A stretch of 64,000 nt of DNA, from positions 180,039 to 244,038 of the forward strand of contig CALJHC010000026.1 of NCBI GenBank assembly GCA_938075415.1, written 5' to 3'. The notes under the pieces are model-generated. The model was not told the DNA's origin, searched no databases, and was given only the letters and a program-made list of their open reading frames with translations. The stretch is from an uncultured Rubripirellula sp. GTDB taxonomy: Bacteria > Planctomycetota > Planctomycetia > Pirellulales > Pirellulaceae. The translations under genes were made by a program, and so were the position numbers. Of the stretch, positions 10,682 through 20,507 are shown piece by piece (position 1 is the stretch's first letter; each line of letters opens with the position of its first letter).

Positions 10682-11138
10682 GATTTTTCGAGCGGTGCTT
10701 GGTTTGCTGTGCTGGGGAAACGAATACATTGGGATTAGCGTGATAGCGGCGTTGTCAACGGATTTTCATTCGTTGCCAGATCGGGATTCAGTATCAACCT
10801 CTTCTGTGTTGCGGTCACAGTGTCGGGTGTTGCGAGATCGTCTGAAAACGATTTGGGGTGAGTCATGGTTATGTTTCTTTGGATCTTGTCCATGACGCTT
10901 TGATGGAAGGTAAGCAGAGATTCACTTGGAGGAAGGTTAATGAACTCAGGTTGGAATCAACTTTAGGGGATAGGTGTCACAAGACGATGTCCAACTCGTT
11001 AAACGTCGTTTTTCGATTCGTGCACTCTGCAATCTATGCATGCTGTCCGCCATCATTGTTTGGCGTCCATTATACCCGCCAATCTTCAGTGACGCGGTGG
11101 GAGGGGCTTGGCCGACCAGCGATGTGACGAAGGAAAAG

Positions 11139-11176
11139 GGAGTCATTTCAGTGAATCGGAGTCATTTCGGTGAATC
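11139..11176. repeat. 19-bp tandem direct repeat, 2 copies (ggagtcatttcRgtgaatc)
   Basis: Read directly from the sequence: ggagtcatttcagtgaatc at 11139-11157 and ggagtcatttcggtgaatc at 11158-11176. Confidence 0.8.
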
Positions 11177-11407
11177 GCTGGGGGTGGTGAGAGGCTTGGT
11201 AGGATGGTCGGGGAAAAGCCCGGATCTTGTGATTCCATGAATCCTTCAGCGATCGCCCGGGGCGTTGATAGAGAACGTCAATCATTTGCTTCCAGAACAA
11301 AAAGACTGCCGCGGTTGTGTGTAGGATTTATTTTACGCTGTCCGTAACCGGCGCGAATCATTGATGCCTTGGCCGCTGGCTGGAAGAAAGCGTCGCACTG
11401 GGCATCG

Positions 11408-11446
11408 TCTGGCTTCAGATGTCCTGAGATCTGGCTTCAGATGTCC
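11408..11446. repeat. 17-bp direct repeat, 2 copies (tctggcttcagatgtcc) separated by 5 bp (22-bp period)
   Basis: Read directly: tctggcttcagatgtcc tgaga tctggcttcagatgtcc. About 180 bp upstream of the small membrane ORF at 11626. Confidence 0.8.
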
Positions 11447-11625
11447 CAGGATGAAGGGAGCTGGTTTTTTAAGCAGGCATCAGAAAGGATTTCTCTGCTC
11501 ATTATCGGTCAGGCAACGCTTGGAAATCGTTGCTGCATGTTGGTACAACCTCTCTTCGCTGATTTTTTTGGGTCTCAGTTGTAGTGATTTGGCAACCACG
11601 ATCGGTTAATTTCTTTCACGAGTGA

Positions 11626-11916
11626 ATGTTTTATCTGGTTTTCAACTTGATGGGATTCGAGCAAATGAACGACGAGTTGTTGGTGGGCGCGGTTGCGATG
11701 GGGATCGCCGCGTTGTTCACGTTGTTCTCCCTCGGCCCTTGGCAATTTCCCTATCGGATGCTCAGTGTCGCAGCGATTGAAAGCCGGTTTGGCAAAAAAG
11801 CCGCAAGAAGCTTTTGGCTATTGATTGCGTTGCTAATCGGTGTCGTTGGGCTGTCGATTCTTTCAGGTGCCCGACCAGGTTATGCGAAACCTGATTTAAC
11901 GACCGAAATACGATAG
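11626..11916 (+). CDS. Small hypothetical membrane protein (96 aa)
   Basis: ORF with two hydrophobic helices (LLVGAVAMGIAALFTLFSL; FWLLIALLIGVVGLSIL). No homology recognised. It is the only plausible ORF in a 1.8-kb low-coding interval. Confidence 0.35.
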   Translation: MFYLVFNLMGFEQMNDELLVGAVAMGIAALFTLFSLGPWQFPYRMLSVAAIESRFGKKAARSFWLLIALLIGVVGLSILSGARPGYAKPDLTTEIR

Positions 11917-12552
11917 GCCGCTGACGGTAAAGATCGCATTTGACACCGAATGCCAAAAGTCACCATTGGTCGGTCCATCAGGTTCGTCCTCGAGGCTTGC
12001 TTCTGTTTGGTGCTGATTGAGATAGTATTTTATTGCGGGTTGATCAGAGTGCGCCTGTCGACAATTGCCTTGGTTGCTGCTGTTTTTATCGTTTGCGATT
12101 CTCTCAACAGACGGCTGAATTCGAAGTGGAATCGAGATGCGCGATGAGTTCCACGCTCGCGTCCTTTTGACCCGTCAACGATTCATTTGGACCTTACGTT
12201 GTCCGGTCGTTGATTTTTGATCGGTACATTGGTCAAAGAGTGATTGCTGTTTCCACCCGCCAGCGCTTGGCGATGACGTTAATGTCAGAAGGCGGTGATG
12301 AGAGGATTTCACCAATGTCTCTGATCGAAAACGACTCGTCGAACTGCAGTCACTGACGCTTGCAGATTGTATCCAAGGGTGGTTTTCGGTTCTTGTCTCA
12401 CGCCGATGATGGAAGCGATCGAATGCGAAAGGCCGGTCCGAGGTGATCTATCTAATTGCAGAAGATAATAGGTTGATCGGATTCCCGAATCGATCCCGGC
12501 TAGCCTGGGATCGCCATGAGAAAGCAGTCGAGTCGCAACGGCTTCGGGGACA

Positions 12553-13890
12553 CTAGCTTCCCGAATGCGTTTCTTGGATGGCTTCATCCATCAGGTCGAT
12601 GGCCGATTGAGCGTATCTCTCATACTGCTGATAGAAGTGATTCATGGATGCTTCATCCGAGAAGAAGAACATCCGTTGATGAATCGGATCTTTCATACCC
12701 CATTCTCTTTTTCCAGGAACGATTCGACGTTCCTCAAAAAATACCACCGCGTCAATTTCATTCAAAACGGGGGTGAATGGATTTGGGTCAGCTAGAAACA
12801 ACTTCATCTTCTCTTCACTTGCGAAGAGGTAAAGTCGGCCGAGATGAACAGCACTGATCTCTGGTTGTCCCTCTACCCACTGATCTTCGTCGATCACGCT
12901 TACGGGGCAAAAGCCATCCAGTGCGAGTTCTGGTGGTGTCGCGTTATCGGCTGCAGGGGCTTGTGCAGTCCCGTTACTTGAGGTGCTTTCCGTGTCAGGG
13001 GGCATCGCGATACCCTCCGCATTGGCAAGTTGAGAATCGGTATCCTGTGCCTTGGTGGAAAGGGTTGGCGATGATGCTTGATGGGTGACGGGGTCCTTAT
13101 GAAGCAGCAAAGTCATCTCGGTATCCGGTTTGGCCGAGCTGTCTGACGAAGCGGTTGCGGATGGCAATGCATCGTTGGGCAGTGTCAGGTGGTTTCCTTC
13201 GCTTGAGGGTGATGCGGTGGTCACCGAATCAGTCAGGGCAGATTCTTCGTCGGTGTTAGCTGGGTTGATCGTTTGGGACGGTGAAACAGGGATTTCTGAT
13301 GTTGCATACCCGGGTGGCGTAATTTCTTCAGTGGCCTGTTTTGAAGGCATCGCATTTTTGGTTGGTTGCCCGAGTGTGGCGTAGTTTTTCTGCAGAGGAG
13401 CCTTCGGTTCAGGATCCGGTTCTGAAGGGCTGTTCTCTGTCGCGATCTGACTCTCACTCGGAGACGCCTCGATGAGGGTTTCCATCGCATTATCCAACAT
13501 CTCGACAAAACGGGATGCGTCTTGTGGGCTTACTGAGTGTGAAATTGTCTTACCGGTGGAGGTCACGATGACATCGGACGGGAATTTGCTGACCTTGAAC
13601 ATCTCAGCGAGTTTTGGGCTGGTGTTGAGATCAACTTTGACGGGGATGAAATTTTCCTTGATCGCATCGCCGACCATCGGTGACGACAGGGCCCCTTTCT
13701 CGAGTTTATCGCACCAAAAGCATTGATCGGCGTAAAAATGCAGCAGCAGCGGTTTGCCTTGCTGTTGCGCCATGGAGTGGGCAGCGCGTAAATCCGTCTG
13801 CCATCCAATTTCCGCTTGGCTATGGGATGCCACTAAAAGCAGGATTACGATTGAAGCTGTGTTGCGTGCTGATGTACTCATTAGAGTCAT
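12553..13890 (-). CDS. Secreted thioredoxin-fold protein (CxxC) with a P/S/T-rich linker and a C-terminal domain of unknown function
   Basis: Start chosen at MTLMSTSARNTASIVILLLVASHSQA (signal peptide; ATG complement at 13888-13890). Thioredoxin-like motif HFYADQCFWCDKLEKG. About 150 aa of P/S/T/E low-complexity linker. C-terminal domain carries a DGFCPVSV motif. Confidence 0.65.
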   Translation of the reverse strand: MTLMSTSARNTASIVILLLVASHSQAEIGWQTDLRAAHSMAQQQGKPLLLHFYADQCFWCDKLEKGALSSPMVGDAIKENFIPVKVDLNTSPKLAEMFKVSKFPSDVIVTSTGKTISHSVSPQDASRFVEMLDNAMETLIEASPSESQIATENSPSEPDPEPKAPLQKNYATLGQPTKNAMPSKQATEEITPPGYATSEIPVSPSQTINPANTDEESALTDSVTTASPSSEGNHLTLPNDALPSATASSDSSAKPDTEMTLLLHKDPVTHQASSPTLSTKAQDTDSQLANAEGIAMPPDTESTSSNGTAQAPAADNATPPELALDGFCPVSVIDEDQWVEGQPEISAVHLGRLYLFASEEKMKLFLADPNPFTPVLNEIDAVVFFEERRIVPGKREWGMKDPIHQRMFFFSDEASMNHFYQQYERYAQSAIDLMDEAIQETHSGS

Positions 13891-14738
13891 TTTCCGGTGG
13901 GGGGCATCAAGAGGACCAAGTTGTTTGAGGCCGATAGAAGCCAAATGGAATCGAGAAATGTAGACTCGCTCATTCTCGGATTTCGGCAGTTGGTATTGTG
14001 CCGCTTGAGCCAAAACTACAGATTACGTCGACTTTAACGCTAGCGGTATCTGCGAAGTTTGCGTGCCAGGGCTGTTCGATGCGGCAGACTCGCACTTGAC
14101 ATCGCTTCGGAACCGCTTATATTTCAGACAGTTGCTTGAAGGTTGCTTGCGGATTTCGCTAGCAAATCCTCTCCAAGGACGTCTCGATCTCGTCCCTCTT
14201 CGGCGATGAACCCGCATCAAAAAACGCGTGTGAGTGCATCGTTACTTGGTTCTCCAGAACATTTTCGTTTTGATACTAGGTAGTCGGCTTGATTGATCGA
14301 GGCCGTGAATTGTCTGCGTGCTGCAGCAATTACAAAAGCAAGGAGCACAGTTTTTCCCTCAATATCTTGGCGAAAACGCCAAGCTGAAGGGTTTTGAGAG
14401 CACCAACCCTTTGATTTGGGTGGTCTCGTTAACACGAAGTCAAATTCATAGAAAAGTCACATTGGGTGGCCGTTACAGGTCACGGTTACGAGCAGAAATT
14501 CTCGTGACGAACCGTGTGTGGTCGTTCTTCCACACATTTTGAATAAACCCTGGTGGTTCGATTACCGCCGATCCGCTGGTCAGGGTTTCCATTCCATCAG
14601 TTACGGCGGTAGTTCTTCAATCTTGCTGAATCGAGGTAGAGAGTTTCTGGCAATTGAGATCAAGTGATCGAGGGTGATTTGCCCTGATTTGTTCGGTTTC
14701 AGCCTAATTCTCTTTCGATTTGGTCCTCTGGATGACCC

Positions 14739-16073
14739 ATGGCAAAAAAGAAACGGACGAATCGAGGTCGACATTCCTCTAATTCCAACGGACCGGGCTC
14801 AGGTTACGGCGGTGGAAATGGAAAACCGAGAGTGCGAAGGCGTCGCCGCGGCGGCGGCGGTGGAAATGGTGGAGGTCCCGCTGGCGGTAATGGTGGTTCA
14901 CACCAGGATCGCGAGGGAGCGGATCTGCCGAGCGATGCACCACTGGAGGAAGGCTTCGGAATCCTTGAGTTGCATCCCAATGGATACGGATTCTTACGTG
15001 GAATCGAGAATAATTACGCCAGAGAACGCACCGATCCGTTTGTCCCAGGAACGATGATCGAGCGGTTCGGACTTCGGCAGGGCGTGTACATCAAAGCGAT
15101 GGTCCAAGAAGCTCGGCGTCAGCAAGGGCCACGAGTTCGGGAGATCCTCGATGTTGATGGCATTAAGCCCGAGGAATATCCGGACGTGAAAAGTTTTGAT
15201 TCTCTCACCGCAGAGAATCCAGAGAATTGGTTGCCTTTGGAGGTTGGTCAAAAGCCATTGACCAATCGTGTGATTGACTTGTTGGCTCCGATGGGGAAGG
15301 GGCAAAGAGCATTGATTGTGGCGCCCCCGCGAAGCGGTAAAACGGTGATGTTACAAAACATTGCCCAGGGGATTCACCGCAATCACCCCGAGGTCAAGCT
15401 GATGGTCCTTCTGATCGATGAGCGACCGGAGGAGGTGACAGACATGAAGCGAAACGTCGAAGGCGGCGAAGTCATCGCCAGCAGTTTGGATATGGACGTT
15501 GAAAGTCATGTTCGCCTCAGCCAGCTCGTCATTGATCGAGCCCGCCGTTTGGCAGAAAGCGGCCAAGATGTCTTCTTGATGTTGGACTCAATCACTCGTT
15601 TGGCCAGAGCTTTCAACAAATGGGTTGGTAGATCGGGACGCGGTGGAGCCACCATGTCTGGCGGTCTGGACATCAAAGCGATGGATATCCCGAAGAAGCT
15701 CTTCGCGACCGCCCGCGCTTTCGCAGAGGGTGGGTCGTTGACGGTTGTGGGTACGGCCTTGGTCGACACAAACAGCCGGATGGATGAAGCGATTTTCCAA
15801 GAGTTCAAGGGAACTGGCAACATGGAGTTGGTTCTGGATCGAAAGCTAGCAGATCGACGTGTTTGGCCTTCTATCGACATCTCTCAGAGCGGTACGCGTC
15901 GTGAGGAATTGCTTCACGACGAAGAAACTTACGAGGCGATGACGATGCTGCGAAGAACACTCAGCAGCATGCATCCCTGTGATGCCATGGAGCAGTTAAC
16001 CAAGCAACTGAGTCGTTTTGAATCCAATGGCGAGTTCATTAAATTGATTAGCGGTGCCAAAGATTCTTTTTAA
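14739..16073 (+). CDS. rho: Transcription termination factor Rho with an N-terminal Arg/Gly-rich low-complexity region
   Basis: 444 aa. OB-fold RNA-binding region GFGILELHPNGYGFLRG. Walker A APPRSGKT. Q/R-loop region and C-terminal ATPase domain all align to Rho. Residues about 1-70 are K/R/G-rich (RRRRRGGGGGNGGGPAGGNGG). Confidence 0.95.
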   Translation: MAKKKRTNRGRHSSNSNGPGSGYGGGNGKPRVRRRRRGGGGGNGGGPAGGNGGSHQDREGADLPSDAPLEEGFGILELHPNGYGFLRGIENNYARERTDPFVPGTMIERFGLRQGVYIKAMVQEARRQQGPRVREILDVDGIKPEEYPDVKSFDSLTAENPENWLPLEVGQKPLTNRVIDLLAPMGKGQRALIVAPPRSGKTVMLQNIAQGIHRNHPEVKLMVLLIDERPEEVTDMKRNVEGGEVIASSLDMDVESHVRLSQLVIDRARRLAESGQDVFLMLDSITRLARAFNKWVGRSGRGGATMSGGLDIKAMDIPKKLFATARAFAEGGSLTVVGTALVDTNSRMDEAIFQEFKGTGNMELVLDRKLADRRVWPSIDISQSGTRREELLHDEETYEAMTMLRRTLSSMHPCDAMEQLTKQLSRFESNGEFIKLISGAKDSF

Positions 16074-16181
16074 ACGTTACAGTGTCGGCCCCGAATAGGC
16101 GATGATGTTTTTATGGCTAAAACTGCCAAGAAAGTATCCATTGCAACAGACGCCCCGGGTCGCAAGAATAGGGCGAGCTTT

Positions 16182-16264
16182 GGAGGGTAAGCGAATTGGT
16201 GAGCGGCCTCACTGGAACTGAGGTACCCCGCAAGGGGCTGCGGGTTCGAGTCCCGTGCCCTCCG
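16182..16264 (+). tRNA. tRNA-Ser (anticodon GGA), type II with long variable arm
   Basis: Acceptor GGAGGGT/GCCCTCC with discriminator G. Anticodon arm CCTCA-CTGGAAC-TGAGG, with U33, G34G35A36 and A37. Variable arm CCCC-GCAA-GGGG. T arm GCGGG-TTCGAGT-CCCGT. The D arm does not fold canonically in my hand fold. CCA is not encoded. Confidence 0.8.
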
Positions 16265-16914
16265 CTTTTTTCAACTCGGGTCGGGCAATTGCTTGATTCG
16301 GGTTTTTTTATGCCATGATTTTTTATGGGTCGTATCCAATCTCTTTGGATTCAACGCGTGCAATCCGCCCTTTGCCACTCTGGTTTGCTTTGTTCATGCT
16401 GACAGTGAACTCATTTTGACACGGTGAGATGCTCTGACCCATCTGGCTAACGTCATTGTCCGATGGCATCCTCCGGATCCGATGGCGTGAGTGCATCGAT
16501 CTAGCCAGTATGGAATATCCCGAGGTTCACCGTATGGTGGCCGGCAACGACGAGCAGGTTTCATTGATGAATTTATTTCATGCGTGAGGTCAACTGATCA
16601 TCGTTGGCTGCTGCCGATTCAAATGCGATGAAGGTTCGGGCAAGGGGGATTGGTCGGCTAATTTGCCGAGCCTTTGGTTGCGGCAGCGAGCTTTTTTGGG
16701 GCTTTTGTGAAGTTGAAATTGAGTTGCGTTGATCGGGCTTGCCATCCTCAAGGGTCCAAAAGGCTTGGCTGGTTATTTTGTGAAAAGTGAATCCCTCACC
16801 GCTTTTTCAGGCGATCAAGATTCGGCCAGTGGGAGGTCGCATCTCGAAGGTGTTTTCCGGGTCGGAGATTGATTGTGGTTTCCTAGAGCTTGGTCTGGAC
16901 CTCTAGGTTTTTTC

Positions 16915-16965
16915 CATAAAAAAACCGGTCATCAGGCTCAATGAGTCTGATGGCCGGTCATGTTT
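16915..16965 (-). terminator. Strong hairpin (11-bp stem) followed by U8 on the minus strand; also a T4 run on the plus side (possibly bidirectional)
   Basis: The + strand reads aaaaaaaa-CCGGTCATCAG-gctcaatgagt-CTGATGGCCGG-tcatgtttt. The stem has a single G-U. It lies about 520 nt downstream of the DUF1080 gene end (17485) on the minus strand. Confidence 0.6.
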
Positions 16966-17484
16966 TAGCTTTGATCCGTCGGCGGCAAAATGGAGCCGCT
17001 GGGAGAAACGCGAACGTCTCAGCGTGCTACTGCACAAGCCTTTCGGTGACGCAGGCGAACCCTAAAAATGATCCCTCTGCCGAAAATAAGAGGATCAAAG
17101 CTTGCGTGGGCATATTCAATCCCACGCATGAATTTTAGACTCGGTATGGCGGTCAGCAAAGTGCATCGGCATGCAAAACCATGCACATTCACTCGTTTTC
17201 AAAAGATGTTTTGACTGCTCGCAAAAGGTCTCAGTCACGCCCCATCATTTTTGGTCGATTTCTGCTCGTCGATTTCCATTCGTTGTTGAACCAGGATCCG
17301 CTTTTTTCTTTTGGAGATATTTCGTTTTTCTGTCTTGCTCCGAGTGGATGATGATTGAATTGCGGATCGAAAGTGACAGGGTGATGAATTGCACGGTGAT
17401 GCAGCAAGACTAGCTATGCTGATGGCAGCATGCCGACTGGGCACGGTCCAGGATTGGGTTCGCAAAGTTTTGATGCATCGCAAT

Positions 17485-18948
17485 TCAATAAGGGAGTTGC
17501 CGAATGAACAGGTTTTTGAAAAAAAGTTCACTGCCATGGTGTTGCAGTTCAATTTGATCAGCACGTGGTAGCGGATTGATGCCAGACTTGTCCCAGTAAT
17601 TTTCTAGTTCCACTCGATTAACGATGAGTTTATCGTTGAGCCAAATTGTGACTTTGTCGCCGACCATTCTGATCAAGAATTGGTTCCATTCACCGGGTTG
17701 TTTATCGGCTCGAGTGAGTGGACTATTTCGCCAGCGACGATTATTCCACAAGCCACCGGAGCCGAGGTTTCGGCCGTTGTTGTAGGCGGCGACCCATTTG
17801 TCAGCTGTGTCAGGAACCGATCCCGCTGGTTTGCTTCTGGTGTCCCAGGGATCCCATATTTGCACCTGCGGCGTACCTCGGAGGTAAATCCCGGAGTCGG
17901 CCCCGGGCGGAATTTTCCATTCCAAGTAGAGATCAAAATCACCGTAGTCTGTCGCTGTGCAAAGGCTTTGCCCTTTGCCGTCGTAGGTAAGGATTCCGTC
18001 GATGACACTCCAATGGTCGTGCATTGATTGATCGGCGTCGGATTGTGCTTGTGTCAGTGCTTTCCCCGTCAATGCTCGACGACTGACTGCGTTTTTGTGA
18101 GCCAGTCCCTTCCAGCCCGAGAGATCAGTTCCGTTGAAAAGAGCTGAGAATCCGACCGGCGGTTGGTTATCCTCGGTCACCTGAGGGGTCGTTGGCGGTT
18201 TGGTGAAGTCGGCAATCTGAAGCTTTCGAAATTCGACCCGATCGCTGTGTCCGGCAAGCATTAAGTGACCGCTGGTGTTTTTCATTCCCGGGTGAGCCTT
18301 GCCATCGACTGGTGTCGTTTTATTGAGGTAGGTATCCACAATCAAGGAGCCATTGAGGATGACCATGATGTGGTCTTCAATCGCAATAATTGTTTCTTGG
18401 TTCCACTGACCGACGGGCTTTAAGCTGCCAGTTTTTGCGGCAGTGATTCCGTAAATGGATCCGTGATACTGCCAAGGCTTTAGCCAGGATAATTTTCGAG
18501 TTGATCCATCAGCAAGTTTGGTATCGGATGCATAACGCGCGCCATTGTGATCAAGGATTTGAATCTCCAAGCCGTCCGTTGCCGCGTGCCCACTTTTTGG
18601 GACTCGAATTCCGATCCCATTGTTGCCACTTTCTTCCAGTTTAAATTCAAACTGAAACACAAAGTCACTGTAGGTTTTTTCAGTAACAAGATTCTTGCCA
18701 CCTTTTTTGCAGATGAGCAAACCGTCGTCGGCAGCATATCCCTGTGTGTCACCCATCCAGCCTTGCAAGTCCTTCCCATTGAAGATGGATTCCCAATTTC
18801 CAGAGTTTTCCAAGATGGCTAATGCGCGTGACGCCGCCGTTTCTTCCGCACTGGGTTGTGCAGGGGACTGTGCAGGGGACTGTGCAATGCAACTGGAAAT
18901 TACGAAAAGGGTGAAGACCGGCCAAAGACTCCATCGGAAGGTTCGCAT
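17485..18948 (-). CDS. Secreted protein with two tandem DUF1080 (3-keto-disaccharide hydrolase-like, LamG-like beta-sandwich) domains
   Basis: Signal peptide MRTFRWSLWPVFTLFVISSC. Two roughly 200-aa halves each carry DUF1080-like signatures (LEIQILDHNG, FRKLQI; and GIYLRG, QVQIWD, FKNLFIRQL). An in-frame QSPAQSPAQ repeat is encoded by gcaggggactgt x2 at about 18843-18866. Confidence 0.75.
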   Translation of the reverse strand: MRTFRWSLWPVFTLFVISSCIAQSPAQSPAQPSAEETAASRALAILENSGNWESIFNGKDLQGWMGDTQGYAADDGLLICKKGGKNLVTEKTYSDFVFQFEFKLEESGNNGIGIRVPKSGHAATDGLEIQILDHNGARYASDTKLADGSTRKLSWLKPWQYHGSIYGITAAKTGSLKPVGQWNQETIIAIEDHIMVILNGSLIVDTYLNKTTPVDGKAHPGMKNTSGHLMLAGHSDRVEFRKLQIADFTKPPTTPQVTEDNQPPVGFSALFNGTDLSGWKGLAHKNAVSRRALTGKALTQAQSDADQSMHDHWSVIDGILTYDGKGQSLCTATDYGDFDLYLEWKIPPGADSGIYLRGTPQVQIWDPWDTRSKPAGSVPDTADKWVAAYNNGRNLGSGGLWNNRRWRNSPLTRADKQPGEWNQFLIRMVGDKVTIWLNDKLIVNRVELENYWDKSGINPLPRADQIELQHHGSELFFKNLFIRQLPY

Positions 18949-19748
18949 GGGGTTACCTGAGGTTCAGTTAAGGAAGGCTCGTGGACTTTAATAACGCTTC
19001 CATAGGAAACGAGTTGAACTTGGCCAATCTTACCAAAACTCTTCCCGGCGCTCATCTTCGTAATTGGAGATCGCCCTGATGTCCGTTAGGGATCTAGATT
19101 CCCAGCCGAATCGCCCGATGTATTCTTTTTTTTAGCTTCAAGGTTGCATCCTTGGCAGTAGAACTTGCCGTGGCTGTTCACGCAGTTTTACAAAGCGGGC
19201 CGGCGCCGTCGGTAACCAGCAGTTCACAACGGTTGTCGCAGTATTTTCTGATCGCGTTGTTGATCCCAAGAGTCTACTGAACTCTTGTGCTTAGCTGAAC
19301 TCTTGTGCTTGACGGTCATCGATTGCGTGATCCCGTTAGGTTGCAATGTTCAGAGGCACCCGTGGTGACGTCCCTGAATTAAGGGTGTGACGTTCATCGG
19401 GTGGGCCTGTACCCATCGGAAAAGTCAAGGGCATGGCAGAGGAAATTCCGGCGATGACCATAGCGGGGGTTTGACTGCTGCCTGATGACCCGGCAAGTCC
19501 CAGCGGTAGAACTGGGGTGCGGATTTCGCCCTCAAAAGATGAGTAGGTTCGATGTCCGAGTTGATAAGGAAACCGAGAAGCTGATGCAGCAGCGATCAAT
19601 CGCAAGGATTTGGCATCTCTGGGTTGCCGATGTAATGCTTGAAGAAGTCTTGATAAAAAGTGCAGAGGATCCCCGTTCAACGATACAGCGACTAGTTCGT
19701 CTTTTTTCGGACTCAAGGATCATCCGAGAACAGGCGGTTTGCCTCGCG

Positions 19749-20225
19749 TTAGGCGGCACGTCGATCTTGCGAGGTGCCAGAATCCAGATCGTTGGCTTTT
19801 GGATCTTGGTTGGAGATTCGCGGTTCGTTTTCAGTCTGTGGTAAAGCAATCACCTGTGAATGCTCTGCGTTGTCAGATTGTTTGCCTTGGGCAGCTGAAC
19901 GGAGATCGATCTCGTCACGGTGCAGTGCGGTTACGACCTTGCCCTGTGCATTAAAGATCTTCAGTTCATCCTCTTCGATGAACCAAATCGCATCATAATC
20001 TTGACCGACGAAACGACGACCCAGGAAGAAGTCGTCCCGTATTACCATTCCTTCACGAATGATGGCGTCCTCAGAGGAGGCGGGGTCGTTCGAATCGGAG
20101 TTGGAGCGTTCCGCAATCCAGTGAAGAAAGCAGGAACGCGCTTTCGCGAGTCGTTGGGAATTGGTCATCAGGACTCGATGCGATAGTAAGAGTGAAAAGA
20201 CGCAGCGGGTGGTCACCGGAATCAT
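19749..20225 (-). CDS. Hypothetical protein (start uncertain; possible internal start MTNSQRLAKARS...)
   Basis: 158-codon ORF with ordinary amino-acid composition in an otherwise ORF-poor 1.5-kb stretch. No motif recognised. Confidence 0.3.
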   Translation of the reverse strand: MIPVTTRCVFSLLLSHRVLMTNSQRLAKARSCFLHWIAERSNSDSNDPASSEDAIIREGMVIRDDFFLGRRFVGQDYDAIWFIEEDELKIFNAQGKVVTALHRDEIDLRSAAQGKQSDNAEHSQVIALPQTENEPRISNQDPKANDLDSGTSQDRRAA

Positions 20226-20507
20226 GTTTGTTCAGAGCCGGTTGATGTCGAAAGACCGCAAATACCGGACACTTCACCGCAAATTGCTTCCCTGACGCGT
20301 TTTATCGAACGTCGTTTTCGATTCGCGTGCAGAGGATACCCGCTTTGGTACCTTCGGTCTTTTGCTCTCCTTACTTTCAGGACATCTGATAGGGTTCGTA
20401 TTTTGTTCCCATGTCACCTAAATTGACGGATTGTTATAAGTTATCATTCGCCGAAGTCACTTTAGACCGGTTTCATAGTTTCATGGTTAGAGGCGGGTAT
20501 TCGAGCG

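Noticed and set aside
16182-16264. tRNA-Sec (selenocysteine) hypothesis, because of a possible 8-bp acceptor and long variable arm
   Set aside because: The anticodon is GGA (Ser), not UCA. A 7-bp acceptor plus standard positions 8-9 fits better. No selA/selB-like context.
19336-19844. ORFs 19336-19716 (-) and 19485-19844 (+) as real genes
   Set aside because: They are mutually overlapping with no motifs and poor starts. I kept only the longer 19749-20225 ORF, at low confidence.
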